DNA of 64,000 nucleotides. Origin: Octopus vulgaris. Lineage: Eukaryota. A program made the translations under genes and the position numbers. The notes under the pieces were generated by a model that did not search any database, was not told the DNA's origin, and worked only from the letters and a program-made list of their open reading frames with translations. The DNA is taken from assembly GCA_951406725.2 (NCBI GenBank), contig OX597834.1, forward strand, positions 45,880,001 to 45,944,000, written 5' to 3'. Shown in pieces: positions 42,975-57,299 of the stretch. The first letter of the stretch is position 1. Every line of letters starts with the position of its first letter.

Positions 42975-43231
42975 TTACATGCGCTGGCCACTCGCCAGAG
43001 TCGTAGACACCAACATCGACAGACCAATCAGGACTGCTATGAAAAGCTTGCCGATCCGGCTGGAAGAGGCTCCACTTCGGTTGCAGCCATCAGTCGAACA
43101 GCAAAACTCACATTTCCATTCCGGCTTGTCCTTTTCACATTGACTTGCCCAGCCAAGCACACGACTGTTGGCTGCTCCGACATGACACGGTCCAGTGCCA
43201 CACTTCTTGTTGATAGTGAGCCCATTTTCCT
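42975..43231 (-). CDS. Last coding exon of a Ly6/uPAR (LU, three-finger) domain protein, LYPD6/LYPD6B-like, with GPI-anchor-type tail
   Basis: Acceptor tttttcag at 43232. Translates (K)ENGLTINKKCGTGPCHVGAANSRVLGWASQCEKDKPEWKCEFCCSTDGCNRSGASSSRIGKLFIAVLIGLSMLVSTTLASGQRM*, with the LU signature CCxxxxCN, a small-residue omega region and a hydrophobic tail. Confidence 0.9.
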
Positions 43232-43421
43232 CTGAAAAATTAAAAAGAAAAAAAGATATAAATATATTGTTTACATTTATAGGAATTTAGGAACTTTGAG
43301 TAAACGTGAAATAATTTGTTCGTAAAGGTTCATAAAGAATGCTTGTTATCTTTTTTAACTCAATTAACATGCTATAATTTATACCTTCATCTACTTCGAA
43401 TTCAAATATTAAGAACAAATT

Positions 43422-43479
<58 letters not shown>

Positions 43480-43730
43480 TGTACACACATATATATATAC
43501 ATATATATATATATATACTTATATATATATGTCTGTATATATATATATATGCATGTATGCATGTATGTATGCATATATGTGTGTGTATGCATTTATCTAT
43601 GTAATACATGTATGTTTAAAGTATTGAAAATCCAAATTTTTATTTGCATAAACAATTAAAGGAATAAAGAAGAAACATAAAGATGTTTTTTTTTTCTTAT
43701 AATATGTCTCTAAATTAAAAATAAATGTAA

Positions 43731-43840
43731 GCGCATGCATGGATTTAGGGTTAAGAAATTTTCTTTCCAGCGACATCACTTCGGATTCAATCCCATTACC
43801 TAGCATCTTGGACAAGTTTCTTCTAACATTGACCCGAAGT
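43731..43840 (+). mobile_element. SINE family B, degenerate 5' part
   Basis: ggattcaatccca...catcttggacaagtttcttcta resembles the head of the 7468-7909 element. Confidence 0.6.
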
Positions 43841-44429
43841 ATCACAGGATACTGTGAAGTTTAAAAAAATAAAGACCCGGTAATGTGCGAAAAAACTTCG
43901 GAAAATCAACCATCATCCAACATTGGGTAAGAATATAAATGCGATAAGTCCTAATGAAACTGATATAGAACTAACTACCATGAAGAATTGGTTTTTTAAA
44001 AGGTCCAATTCGTATTATAATCTCGGGCTTACAATATATATATTATAATCTTGGGAGTCCTTAGAAGTAATTACCAGCTGTGAATAGAGCAACGGAAAGG
44101 ATTCAACGAGAGAGCTTTGCTACTACGCATTCCCTCAATCTGTTGCACATAGATGTCTCGAATAGAAAGTCATTTTAAAAGCCTGTATGAATATCAATTA
44201 AATAATGTAGCCCAAGATACGATCAAAGACAAGGTGGAAAGCCTTAGCGGGAGCATCTTCGATCATTAATTTACTAAATCAGGCTTAACTTCGAGCTAAG
44301 CTACAACAGCATAACGGGAGTAGTAATAAATGACCTTCTTCAAAAAGCTCAATGTTCCATACAGAAGAGAGAAAACGAAACTAAGATCGCTATGGAAGAT
44401 TTTGTTACAAATAATATACGATGCCAATA

Positions 44430-44620
44430 TGGTGATGTGGCATAATTTTTAGCGTGTCGGGCAAAATGCGTAGTTGTATTTCTTCTGGTGTTTTATGTTC
44501 ACCGTTAAAATGTAGCCGAAGTCCACCTTGCTTTCATCCCTTCGGGATCGATTAAATGAACAGACAAATACTGGAGCCAGTGTAATCGACTGAACGCGCT
44601 TCTCCAAATTGCTGCCTTGG
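44430..44620 (+). mobile_element. SINE family A, degenerate
   Basis: gggcaaaatgcgtag...ctttcatcccttcgggatcgat...tgtaatcgact resembles 12112-12345. Confidence 0.7.
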
Positions 44621-44771
44621 ACCTTGCAACGTTCCGACGGAGTCTTGTGATCTCGCTTGCTTATACGATGTGGAAACCAGGAAACCAGAATTAAAACTCA
44701 GAATATAAAAATGTAAAAATTAAGTTCATCCAATCAGAGCGTCCGTCACACTAAAGTTATTATTATAGATA
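44620..44771 (-). mobile_element. Possible non-autonomous Helitron fragment
   Basis: Minus strand begins A|TCTATAATAATAA...gtgtgacggacg, a Helitron-like 5' end; the 3' hairpin/CTAG end is not intact. Confidence 0.35.
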
Positions 44772-45369
44772 TCAGCCTCAGCGAGCCTAGAAAGCATTTC
44801 CCAAATTGCATCGTGATTCAATGCTGACAGTACTATGTAATATCTTAGCCTCACTTTTGTATCCACGCTGCTGCTAGCGGTATTTACATGTATATTGGCA
44901 TGAAATTCCTTTGGCTAAAGGGGGATTTATTTCATTTATAAACGAAATGTATATTGTCCGAACTTCCTGCTAAGACGTCGACTCATCGGCACGCAAGCAC
45001 GCAAGCACGAACGCGAGTGCAAATTGGAATTTTCAGGAGATTAGATTATGTCGGTTGCGTAATATTTGTAGTGTAAATGTTAGCTTCGTATCATATATTG
45101 GGAGAATAGTAATAAAATATGGTATCTCTAAACACGTGTCAATGTTTTAAGTAAGGTTTATTCAGTATTTCGGCAACTGAGGGATAAAACTTTATGGTGG
45201 TGGTGTTTTTTGGGGGGGTGAGTGTGACGTACGTGGTGTAGGTGGTGGTGGCGATGGTGCAGGCTGTGGTAGAAAAAGAAAAACAAGGAGACGGTAGGAG
45301 AAGAATAGGAGGAGGAGGGGAGGAAACGGAAAGAGGATATGACGACTACGTGAAGTAGTAGTAGTAGTA

Positions 45370-45419
<50 letters not shown>

Positions 45420-45722
45420 CACTTATATAAATTTTTGTTTGTTCGCCAAAACAAATGACAACAGATTTGCAAAGCAAAAAGGCAAAGATGATTACAGAGA
45501 GCAGAATAAAATTGAGGAGAATTATCAAAAGTTTTTTTTTCATTATTATTTCAGTTGCAAAGTAAACTAAGCAGAAAAGAGAAGATCTATCTTTCGATAA
45601 GACGAAATAATATATCGCATAAACATACCTTCCTATATGTACAGGCATATACACCATACATATATGTGTGAGTGTGTATGTGAGTTTCTGTGTGTGTACT
45701 CGAGTTATTATTATGTCTTATC

Positions 45723-45774
<52 letters not shown>

Positions 45775-45803
45775 GTTTACTTTTATCAAATGCTATGTAT
45801 ATA

Positions 45804-45844
<41 letters not shown>

Positions 45845-46181
45845 TTGAACCAGAGTTGTATATATGTGTAACTGTGTATACATTACCAAATAAATCGAAA
45901 CTAATACAATGTCTTAATTTCCAATAACACTAAGTTTGATAGTAATTCAATTCCATTTATTACAAATTTCAACAAAATTTACTTTTTTTTTATTGGAACC
46001 TTGTATCGATCTATCAGCTTTGTCATGACTTCTCGGCTTATAGCTATCTCATCTGTTCAACTGAATATGTTTCTAGGCATGTATGTATGTATGTATGTAT
46101 GTATGTATGTATGTATGTATGTATGTATGTATATATATATATGTATATATATTTATATATTTGTATATATATATATTTGTA

Positions 46182-46260
<79 letters not shown>

Positions 46261-46374
46261 ACATATTCAAATAATCACGGGCGTGTCTATATACGTGTGT
46301 TCATCTACACATTTATTTCATTTATATGTATTTATAGTTATCTACATATGTGTGTGTATATATTTCATTTTTTT

Positions 46375-46570
46375 TCTTTTGTTTCAGTTATTTGATTGCG
46401 GCCAAGTCGGAGCACCGCTTCTATTCGACAGAAATCGATCCCAGGATCTATTCTTTGTAAGCTTAGTACTTATTCTATCGACCTCTTTTGCTGAATCTTT
46501 AGCTTTTGGGGACGTAACCAACCCAACATCGTTTGCCAAGTGATGGTGGGGGTCAAACACAGACGCATAA
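46375..46570 (-). mobile_element. SINE family B, 3' half
   Basis: Same orientation and sequence as 7488-7680. Confidence 0.8.
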
Positions 46571-46609
<39 letters not shown>

Positions 46610-46639
46610 ACTATATATATAAATATATATTATATATAC

Positions 46640-46681
<42 letters not shown>

Positions 46682-47299
46682 GAATATATATATATACATA
46701 CATGCATACATAAATACATACATGCATGCATACATACATTAATGCATAAATACATATATACATTGATGCATACAAATATATATATATTCGACGGACTCTT
46801 TTCACTTTCCAGAAAGAGGGAGAGAGAGCGTGAGAGAGGGATTGATATCTAACTAAATTTGTCTATTCATATGTATGTTACCAGTTAAATAGATAGATAG
46901 ATAGATACATACATATATACATACATACATACATAAACAGACAGACAGATGGACAGAGGTCAGACAGACAGACGGACATATCAATAGATAGTTATAATTA
47001 AATATTTATTAATCTTCATTTGATTCTACCCTGCTGTTTGCATCTGTCTAAGCATACATTATTTACTTAACTATTTATATACAGTAGAGATCCCTGAGTG
47101 GGTGTGTGCGTGTGTTCTTCCTGGAGTGCGTATGTGCATATATTTTTGTACGAGAGTATGTGCATGCGAGTTTGCATTAGCATGCGTTTGTGTCACTGTG
47201 TATCGGAACGTATGTATAAAGAAAAAAAAGAAAAAGAAAAAGAAACGATCAATAGGGATCGTGTATCACAGAAATGTCGTGATGTAAATTGTTAAGGGA

Positions 47300-47870
47300 G
47301 AAGCAGATAGGGTTTATCCATGGAAAGAAAAGCCTAAGGAAAAGACCACGGTAACCTCGGTCAATAATGTCTCCTGTTAACTCATTTGTTTGCAAGTAGG
47401 TAACCCTCTGTTTCAAATTTTTCCGGGTTCATAGACTTATGCTCAAGGTGGCTTCGTCATTCATACGTGCCATCTTGCTACATTCACCCATCTTTTTTTT
47501 AAACATTCGCTAGACAAAACTTGCCTCTCTACTCTTACTTTCCTTTTCAAGTGATACTTGAAGAAGTTGATGAGAGATTGACCAGAAAGGAAAGTGTTTG
47601 TCTCCAATCCTTTCAGACGCGTCCACCAGATACATTATTTCGCCATAGCCACAAGAATGATGAAAATAGCCCTTCCTTTGCGTTTGAAGGAAGGAGGCGT
47701 GACATTATTGACGACAGACTCGGCTGATAAACCGAGTCGTCTCACATGTGACAGCAGTCGTTAGACATAAGCCCAGAGGTCGAAAATTGTCGGTCACTGC
47801 ACGAGTGCGTGCAGAACGGTTTCGTTGCTCTGACCGCATATCGGGCAGGTTGGCCCCGTGTTTCTCGAGC
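47300..47870 (-). mobile_element. 3' fragment of a Tx1/L1-clade LINE (ORF2 C-terminal zinc knuckle plus 3' UTR)
   Basis: Minus strand translates TCPICGQSNETVLHALVQ*PTIFDLWAYV*...AMAK*CIWWTR...YHLKRKVRVER...KRW, the CxxC-x4-ET-xx-H-x4-C motif of L1/Tx1 ORF2, with stops. Confidence 0.8.
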
Positions 47871-47885
47871 CTTACCTATAGAGAC

Positions 47886-47926
<41 letters not shown>

Positions 47927-47931
47927 TAGAC

Positions 47932-47990
<59 letters not shown>

Positions 47991-48557
47991 TAGATAGATA
48001 GATAGATAGATAGAGAGATAGGTAGTTAGATATAGATATAGATATAATATATACGTATATTTATTTACCTCAGTCATTATCCATCAACCGTAAACCACAC
48101 GCGTAAAGAATAGCAAGATGTTCATCCCACTCTCTAACACGTTGCATTATCGATAGAATACCAATGCAATTACGCTCTTCTAGTTCATAGCCAATCTTGC
48201 CCGGACACAGTTTCGTGCATACACTGTATAACGTTACCATTCGTTCGCTCTCACACACATAAGCACCTCCGTTATACTAATCACTTGTATTGCACCCTCA
48301 CTCTTCTCTGCTTAAAACCAAATTCATTTTAATTTTTACTCACTTCCTGATTAGCACCAAACAATTTGCATCCCTGATCTCAATACATCTCCTTATATTG
48401 TTTCCCCACTATTGACAAAAATAAATTCTCCGAAGTGTCAAAGTCCCATCCATTCTTAATCGCCACATCCTAATTATATTTAGTTTGTAATCTTGTCCAT
48501 TGTTTTCATTGATATTTCTTTCTATTTTCTTGCGTTGCCTTTGTTCATGCGCTACCT

Positions 48558-48605
<48 letters not shown>

Positions 48606-48868
48606 CAATATGTGTAATGCTGGTATCTTTAATCTAGCCATGTGATTGCCTGCTTTTTGTGTGTTTTACTGCCGCTATTGTTAGTTTTCATTAATCTATA
48701 TATTCCTTTGATGTGTGCATTGACAATAGAAAACAATCATCGCCCGTAAATACACACACACACCCAACAATACATAGCACACAAACGTAGCATATGCACG
48801 AGATCTTATCAAATATTTGCAGACTGTCGCAATGAGTTCTGTGGATTGCATGTATCTATCTATCTATC

Positions 48869-48914
<46 letters not shown>

Positions 48915-48963
48915 GTCTGTCTGTCTAGATATACATGTGTGTGTATGTGTGTGTGTGTATGTG

Positions 48964-48996
<33 letters not shown>

Positions 48997-50886
48997 ATAA
49001 GTGCGTGTGCGTCTATTCGTGAGTTTATTCATTTCTGTAGAGTGTAAGATTATTGGAACAATCTGATACAAAAGGAACCAAAATCCGTGTCAAGTAAGAC
49101 TACTCATAGTTGCAATTTAACAGAACAGAATGGAAAAAAAAATGAAGGCATAAAAATAAATGCGTAAATACTGAAAACAAAGAAATAAGACACACTGCGT
49201 GTATTTTATTATAATGCCAGGTTACTTGTAAGGAAACAATGTTAACACAACCAGGAAAAGTCTAAAGAAACGCCAATATCTACCTCGCTTATTCATGTAC
49301 AGGCAATTACATTAGTAGAAGAAATGTTGCAAGAAAATAATGTGAGAGATTGATTATAAGCAAAGTAAGTAAGAATTAAAACATGAAAACTATTTTAAAA
49401 ATATGCAAACATAGAACGTATTAAGATATTGTATGATTTTAACGAATTCATTCTCGTTTTGTATTTTGGTTTCGTGTTTTGCTTTTGTCCTGAATTTTGT
49501 TGATTTCTTGAGTGACATGGGCAGGTAAAATAATAGTGACAACAAAAGCAACGAGAACAATAACACTGGTAATAATAACGATTAGAATATAAAATGCATA
49601 AAAAAATTAAAGTCGAGTAAAAAAAAATGTAACTAAGGAAACATTTTTTAAAAAATACTTCCAGGAAGGAAACCCAAAATATTTATAATTAAAAACATAG
49701 CTACAGTACAAGATATGTGTGCGTGTGTACATATGTGTGTTTGTGGGTGCGTGTGCGATCGTTTGTGCGTGTGCGATCGTTTGTGCGCGTGCGTATACTC
49801 GTATATGTATATATCTATGTATATGTGTGTGTGTGTCTCTGTGAATGTGTCTGTGTGTGTATCTGTGTGTGTGTTTAATAGAATGTATATAAATATCTAT
49901 ATATGTATATGTACAGAAGTATATATATGTATATGTATATATATATATGCTTATATATATATATACATACATAAGTATATGTATATATATATATGTATAA
50001 TATATTTATATATATATACAAACATATATATTGATACATATGCATATACACCTGAATATCTATCTTCTTAATCTCATATAACACACATGCCGTTATAGTT
50101 ACGTGTATGTATGTATATATATATATATGTATGTATGTATATATGTGTGTGTGTGCATGTGTGTGTCTGTGTGTGTATGCATGTACTTATGTATGTATGT
50201 ATGCATGTATGTATGTATTAGATAGATAGATATATAGATAGATAGATAGATGTATCTACTTATAATGCTTTTAATGTATACATATACTGATATATGCATT
50301 CATGTATTCACGCTTATAAACATACATAACGGCATAATACATACATACATACATACATATATGCATATGTGTGTATATGCGTGCGTTTTAGAAATTCAAC
50401 ATTTCTTTTGTCTGCAGAATTTTAGAAAAACTCTGGAAGTCACTATGGAGTTATACAAAAGAAGATGTTGAATAGTGAGTGTGGAATGGTAAATGGAACG
50501 GGACAAAGATCGATACCATAATTGTAGACCTCCAGTACAACTTAAGTATTTTCTTGGAATAATGGTAAATAGCAAGAATATCGGATTCTGACGTGTTTAC
50601 ACGGCTGGAAAATTTGCGGCTGCTGTGTTGTATTATTGTAGCCTTTGTTATTGGTGGTGGTGGTGGTCATGATGGTGGTGGTCGTGGTGGTGGTGGTGGT
50701 CGTCGTAGTGGTGCCGGTGGCGTTGTGGTTCTTGCTATTGTTGTTGTTCGGTGATGCTTTTTGCTTTGTCTTCAGCTAATCCCTGATTGAGCGAGCTGAT
50801 GATTAAAGCACACCGTACCCACGTGTAATGCAGCCCCAATGATTTTTTTCTTTTTTACTTCCTATTTCCTGTGATTATATATAAAT

Positions 50887-51037
50887 GTGTAGAAATGTGG
50901 CTGCTGCGTGGTAGGAAACTTGCTTCCCAACCACGTGATTCCGGGTTCAATCCCACTGCATGGCACCTTGGGCAAGTATCTTCTACAATTGCCTCGGGCC
51001 GACCAAATCCTTCTGAGTGGATTTGGTAGACGGGAAA
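50887..51037 (+). mobile_element. SINE family B, 5' half
   Basis: ccgggttcaatcccactgcatggcaccttgggcaagtatcttctac...gagtggatttggtagacgg is the reverse complement of 7765-7900. Confidence 0.85.
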
Positions 51038-51943
51038 ATGCCTTCGGGAAAAAAACTATTTCACAGCGAGGTTACGAACGGGTCTTTTCGAAATATTTAC
51101 CGTAGTTTTTAAGTCATTTCACTTTAAAATATATTTTGGATATACCAAAAAAAAAAAAAGTTCCAATGGCATTCACTTGAAAATAATTTTTAATTACTTT
51201 AAAACATTGTCTGTCTAAAGACAACTAAAATATGAATATTTACTGCAAAAACAGTTTACATTTTTGAAATCACATCCACTTAAAATTATTCCTAAGAGAT
51301 TAAAATATAGTGTTTAACAAAAGCGAAAATAGAAACATTTTTTCGTTATCAAGTCACTGTGTCTCATAGAAAGATAAGATATTCTTCGGTTTCAGGATGA
51401 AGATAAGTTTTACAATATTTTCCCATAATGCACAGTTTTGGTTATTTATGCCTGAAAACCTCTAATATCTTTAAAACTACTTGTTCGATCTACGCGAAAC
51501 TTGTTTTGTTCACTTCGTATTAACATTTCTGGGTAAACTTAATTCATAGTATTTTCCCATTGTATGCCAGTTTGGGTAACGTTGCAAACAAGCAAGCAAG
51601 ATTCAAACAGACTTTTAATGTATTACATAACATTTTATTATTCTTTACTGTGGTTTACAGTTTTAAATATAGCGGGGGTGCGTTGAAGACCATTTGATGC
51701 TTACAAAGAATGTATAGTTCATTTAAGAATAACACCATGTTTATTTCTTTGTGTTGGTTTTAGACTTGTAACAATACTTTCTCACAAATCCTGTGACCAA
51801 AGAGATGTCAACCATTTTTGTATGAAGTGGTATAGAAAGGTTTCCCGGAATAGTTACGGTAAACCAAAAATAACATATTTACCCAAAATTTAGCATTATC
51901 TATCTATATATATATAAATATATATATATATACATATACATAC

Positions 51944-51989
<46 letters not shown>

Positions 51990-52180
51990 GCATATGAATA
52001 TATGCATATATTTATGTATGTCTTGTATGTATGCATGCATACATACATACACAATATTATTAGTGACGTGAGAGAATTAAAGTTGATTTTATAAGTTTAT
52101 AACAATTGCATAATCTTGTTAGCTATATGATAGATGCTACCTCAATAATAACATACATTTCTTAAAATATTATACATAGC

Positions 52181-52246
<66 letters not shown>

Positions 52247-52354
52247 CTATATATGTGTGTATGTATATGTATATATATATATATATATATACAGCCAAAC
52301 ATAAATACACATACACATGCACATATATATTTCTATGTGTGTATATATATAGAG

Positions 52355-52423
<69 letters not shown>

Positions 52424-52502
52424 CTATAAATTTATGGTGGATACTTGATAAGTGTAAGCACCTGTATATTCCAGATAGTGGCAGAGGTGAGAGAGAATAT
52501 AT

Positions 52503-52788
52503 CAAATAAAATTAAAAACAGAACACACAGTATATCGCGGTACACGTTTTTCAAGCTTTACAAACAATCCGTTATTATATCAGTGTATTATTGATATAAA
52601 AGTTGGTTTAAAGCTTTTCATATTTTTCATAGCGTGATGTAACTCTTTGGAATAACAATGTTTGCGGCTTAAGAGAGCTTTAAACCATCTTTTATATCAA
52701 TAATACACTGATGTAATAACGGATTTTTTATAAAGCATGAATCACGTGTACCGCGATATCCTTTGTGTTCTCTTCTTAATTTTATTTG
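52503..52788. mobile_element. Inverted repeat (~115-bp arms), probably a Penelope-like terminus
   Basis: Arms 52503-52617 and 52674-52788; degenerate hammerhead-like TACA-CTGATGT...GAAT-CACG-TGTA; TA-repeat flank. Confidence 0.55.
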
Positions 52789-52994
52789 TTATATATATAT
52801 ATAAACATGCATGCATTGGAATGAGTAACTGAATATAACTTATTGCGTCTCATCAAAAAAAAGTTATGCAAAAAAATTTAAGACATCAACATACTGATTT
52901 CCTTGTAATCCAGTCATTATACCTAGCTACATGCACACATACATACATATCTACTACCTACCTACCTACCTACCTACATACATACATACATACA

Positions 52995-53030
<36 letters not shown>

Positions 53031-53503
53031 TATATACATGTATATACATATTTAATCTAAGTACGTATAAATACATATGAATGTATATGTATGAATATAT
53101 ATAAGTATATATATATGTATGTATATACACACACTCACCCGTATATTTTAGTGTGTGTGTGTGTACATACCCATATAGACTGTGTCTATAGTTGACAGTG
53201 CTGAGCTAAAATTATATCGCGACGCCATCATTAACTATTTCCTGATATTTTTTATCTGAGAGAGCGTTGATGCTGATATAAGAAAACTTTGAGCAGCAGT
53301 AAATTTTCCATTTCAATCATTCTTACATGAAACGTGAATATTCCTCAATTTGATTAAATCTAATCTGCTTTTAACGTTTGAAATATGAACTGCTTTTAAC
53401 AGACCTATCAAAAGTTAATGGCATTTTCCGACGTGAATATATATTTATATATGTATGTCTGTCTGTATGTATATATATATGTATGTATGTCTGTATGTAT
53501 GTA

Positions 53504-53535
<32 letters not shown>

Positions 53536-53556
53536 AATATATATATATGTATATGC

Positions 53557-53589
<33 letters not shown>

Positions 53590-53809
53590 TTTATGCATGC
53601 ATGCATGTCTGTATGTATGTGGAGATGTGGAGATAAATACGTACATAGTTGATGAAATTTTTAATAGTCACATATGTATTAATATATGTATATGTAAATT
53701 CAATCGGATCTAGTTGCTGTTATCCAATGGGCGCAGAAGCCTACCATGGAACGCATCGTGATCAAGTTTGAGTTAATCCCCTTTGGTAAAGAGGCTACAC
53801 TTTAGTAAC

Positions 53810-54100
53810 CATATATTCTTCCTTCAGACGAATACCTCACGGCATCAAACACCGCTAGGGATCTCTGTGTGACTGTCGACGATAACTTAAGTCGGAGTGT
53901 CCACATAAGCAGGAAAGATGACATGGCCTGCAGTTCGTACTCCTGGATCGTCACGATTTTCCAGTTCAGAGATGCTCCAACCATTTTCCTTCTTTTTTTC
54001 TACCTTCACCCGCCCACACCTCAAATACTATTGTTCGCTATGGTCTCCCTAGACGAGCCAGAATATTAAAAAGCTTGAAGTACCCCAGAGATTTGCGAAG
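53810..54100 (+). mobile_element. CR1/L2-type LINE reverse transcriptase C-terminal fragment
   Basis: RDLCVTVDDNLSRSVHI...(frameshift)...TRPHLKYYCSLWSP*TSQNIKKLEVPQR matches the RDLGV..D..L...HI / RPHLEY....WSP...I.KLE.VQR pattern. Confidence 0.8.
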
Positions 54101-55229
54101 GACGACTTGGAGACGGCGTATGTCTTACTGGTCAAGAGGTCCATGCTTTTGCGTGGGTTTTCCACAAATCTATCATTTTTGCGCATTCACGATAAATGCC
54201 CCAAATGTCCCTTTTGAAACAATCGATATATTTATAAATAAATACTGAAGTTGAATGATTGAAGGAACTACATGAAGTTACTGATTGTTGAAATTTCTCT
54301 CGCTTTAATACCAGTCTTTGGAGAGGTTTTGCTAACTAAGAAGAGATATCACTCACTTAGTGGTTACGTTGCTCAACCATCTTATGTAAACGAACCTCAA
54401 ACTTTTTCCATACGAAATTCTTTCTATGGTTTCAAGACAAGAACTGTGATCTCTAAATCTACAAAACCCCAGTGAAATGCCTGACGCAGTATTTCATTTA
54501 TTTTTCAACATTAACGATCTACGCAAAAAAATATATAATACATAAATAACACAAAGATATACAAACTACTTTCCCCTCTTGAACTATATCTCTGAAATCT
54601 CCAAAGCCCATCATCCTCATTAATTCCTTCATAATGTCATCCAATATCTAGACAAATAATGGTGTGGTTTTTCTTTTCGTTCTAACACTTAACATCAGTT
54701 TTTTTCCCCTATATAAATATATATTTTCCTCGGTGTCTTTCCACGCTTCACATAACGTTCAAACATCAAATCTATTTGCTAATGTAACAACTTAATTTCA
54801 TGGTTCTTAATTATGATTTTCTGCATTGCCTATTATATTATATTTTATTATGTTTTTCTTTTCATACGCCATCTCAGCTTTCAGCTTTAGTTGTTTAAAA
54901 TTATTTCTGAATATATAATTGCAGAACTAACGATTGGATTATAGCCTTTGGTCTCATCATATTTCTCAGCAACACTAAGTACTAAGTAGTTTTCTTTTGT
55001 TTGTATTTTTTGTTTCATCTGAATTGGAAATGTAATTCTATTCGTTTTATACGTCTATTACGAACTTCCTATAATGCTATATTTTATTCTTTTTTTTTTC
55101 CTTTTAATTTTTTGTTAAGGAATATATTTCTGTAATTCCCAGTATGTACTGCGATCAAATTCCTTTAATATAAAATAGTAGAGAGTTGTCTGTCGGAGAT
55201 GAAGCGATAGCAGCATCCGTAGACTAATA

Positions 55230-55284
<55 letters not shown>

Positions 55285-55335
55285 TATGCCTGTTTGTAGG
55301 TATTATATGAATATGTATATATATATATATGTTTG

Positions 55336-55384
<49 letters not shown>

Positions 55385-55399
55385 ATGTATATATATAAC

Positions 55400-55480
<81 letters not shown>

Positions 55481-55482
55481 AC

Positions 55483-55555
<73 letters not shown>

Positions 55556-55559
55556 CATA

Positions 55560-55778
55560 TAGATAAGGCTTTGTCAAAATGTTCATGGTTTTGGGTAAAA
55601 GAAAGTACAGGAGGCTTAGTTAATTATGAGTGTACACAACCTGTCCCCCTCTCAAATTCACACACTTGCAGCAGCCCTTCAGTTTATCTAAGATCTGTAA
55701 AAGAACTCGGAATGTTGGGCGTCCAACCAGACCTTTCGTGATATTCTGAAGGCCAGAAACTTTTCAGCGCCCCTCGTG
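55560..55778. mobile_element. Mariner-derived MITE
   Basis: Right end reverse complement CGAGGGGCGCTGAAAAGTTTCTGGCCTT is a mariner-type TIR; left TIR decayed; ~220 bp, inserted in a TG/TA repeat. Confidence 0.6.
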
Positions 55779-55829
55779 TACATATGTGTGTGTGTGTGTG
55801 TGTGTGTGTGTACATATGTACACGCACAG

Positions 55830-55917
<88 letters not shown>

Positions 55918-56072
55918 CGTTATAAACTAGTATTATGTTCAAAGTGCTCTCTCGGTGTGGTCAGAATATTTAATGTCCTCATGATCTCCATATTTTGTTT
56001 GCAGTATATTCTTTATTATTGTTCAAATTTTCCCTTTTGTAACTGTAGAACTGACATGCATATACTGATATA

Positions 56073-56134
<62 letters not shown>

Positions 56135-56389
56135 CATACAAAGCCAATAATTTTTTTTCTCTAATCTGCTTTTAAATATCGATTGGTTGTTGTCTAAATC
56201 TAGAGATCGTTCGATGAAATATTTCAGTTGTTAATTGACGTTTTCTGTAGAAGGAATGGTGACCTGTCATTACAGCCATTACAGAAGCCTTATTCGAAAC
56301 CTACATTACCAGGAAGCGCATTGTAACTGGCGTTTTATTGTGTTGAGTCAAAATTTTGCAATATATTGGTAACTTATTTGCTTTGTTCG

Positions 56390-56902
56390 TCAACAAATCA
56401 GCTTACTATTTAAAGTAGACGCGATCGTGTTGCACCGTCTGATGTCTCCATTCTTCCAGTTCTTGTCATTTGAGGCGCAGAGATCTTTCACTGAGTCTAA
56501 TCCCTTTTCTTGGTTGATGAAGTGTCGCAGTTGCAGGAAGTGAGCCAGGGAAAGGAACACATAATAATGCGCGGGATCCAAGTCGTACTCTATAGCAGGT
56601 GTGGAATCAATTCGGTTCACTGAAGTTTCTCGAGTTTATCCAGGTCTTTCGTGCGGCATAAGTATTTGTGTTGCCCTAATGCAGAAGAGAACGCTTTCTA
56701 TTAAACAATGCCGGTAATTTTCTCAGCATAATGGCTCACATACGTTCTAGATCTTCAGAGTATAGGTTGGTGTCGATGGTTCCACCGTCGGAATGGAACT
56801 CGAAGTGAATTATCCACTCATAATTTCACCGGACACAGATCATCACTTCACGCTCGAAACGGCCATGTTGGTTGACATGTTCCGGATGTTGGCCCTTGCT
56901 TA
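56390..56902 (-). pseudogene. Decayed mariner transposase fragment (catalytic domain)
   Basis: Minus strand VMICVR*NYEWIIHFEF...GTIDTNLYSEDL...RSLLH*GN...DLDPAHYYVFLSLAHFL resembles MxCVWW...LHDNA...SPDLAPSDYHLF. Confidence 0.7.
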
Positions 56903-57299
56903 AACACTATTTATGCATGTGAGCCACGAGGGCAAATATCTCTGTTGGATAAATACTTATCAAAAGATAATTTTCCTTTAAATTTTTTAAATATAAATCC
57001 AGTTTTACATTTAGAATATAGAAACGCAGCGCTTGGGAGACCAATGACAGATTTAAGACCCGGATGACATTTACCCTCTGGCTAATAATCACTATGTGAA
57101 CGTATTCTATGCCAGTCTGAGAGGTTTGTGTGATCTCAGAAAAATAGTAATGCAGGAATGAGGAATAGGGACAACTTACAGCTCTAGATCATGGAAACTG
57201 TTATCATGAAACGTAAAGAATTAAAGGTAAGAGCGGGACATTTCTCGAATCCTAGAAATCAAAAGACCTGTTATCCAGGTTCCATGGCCTATCAATGAG

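Noticed and set aside
42868-43225. ORFs 42868-43143 (+) and 43037-43225 (-)
   Set aside because: Antisense and alternate-frame shadows of the real Ly6 exon
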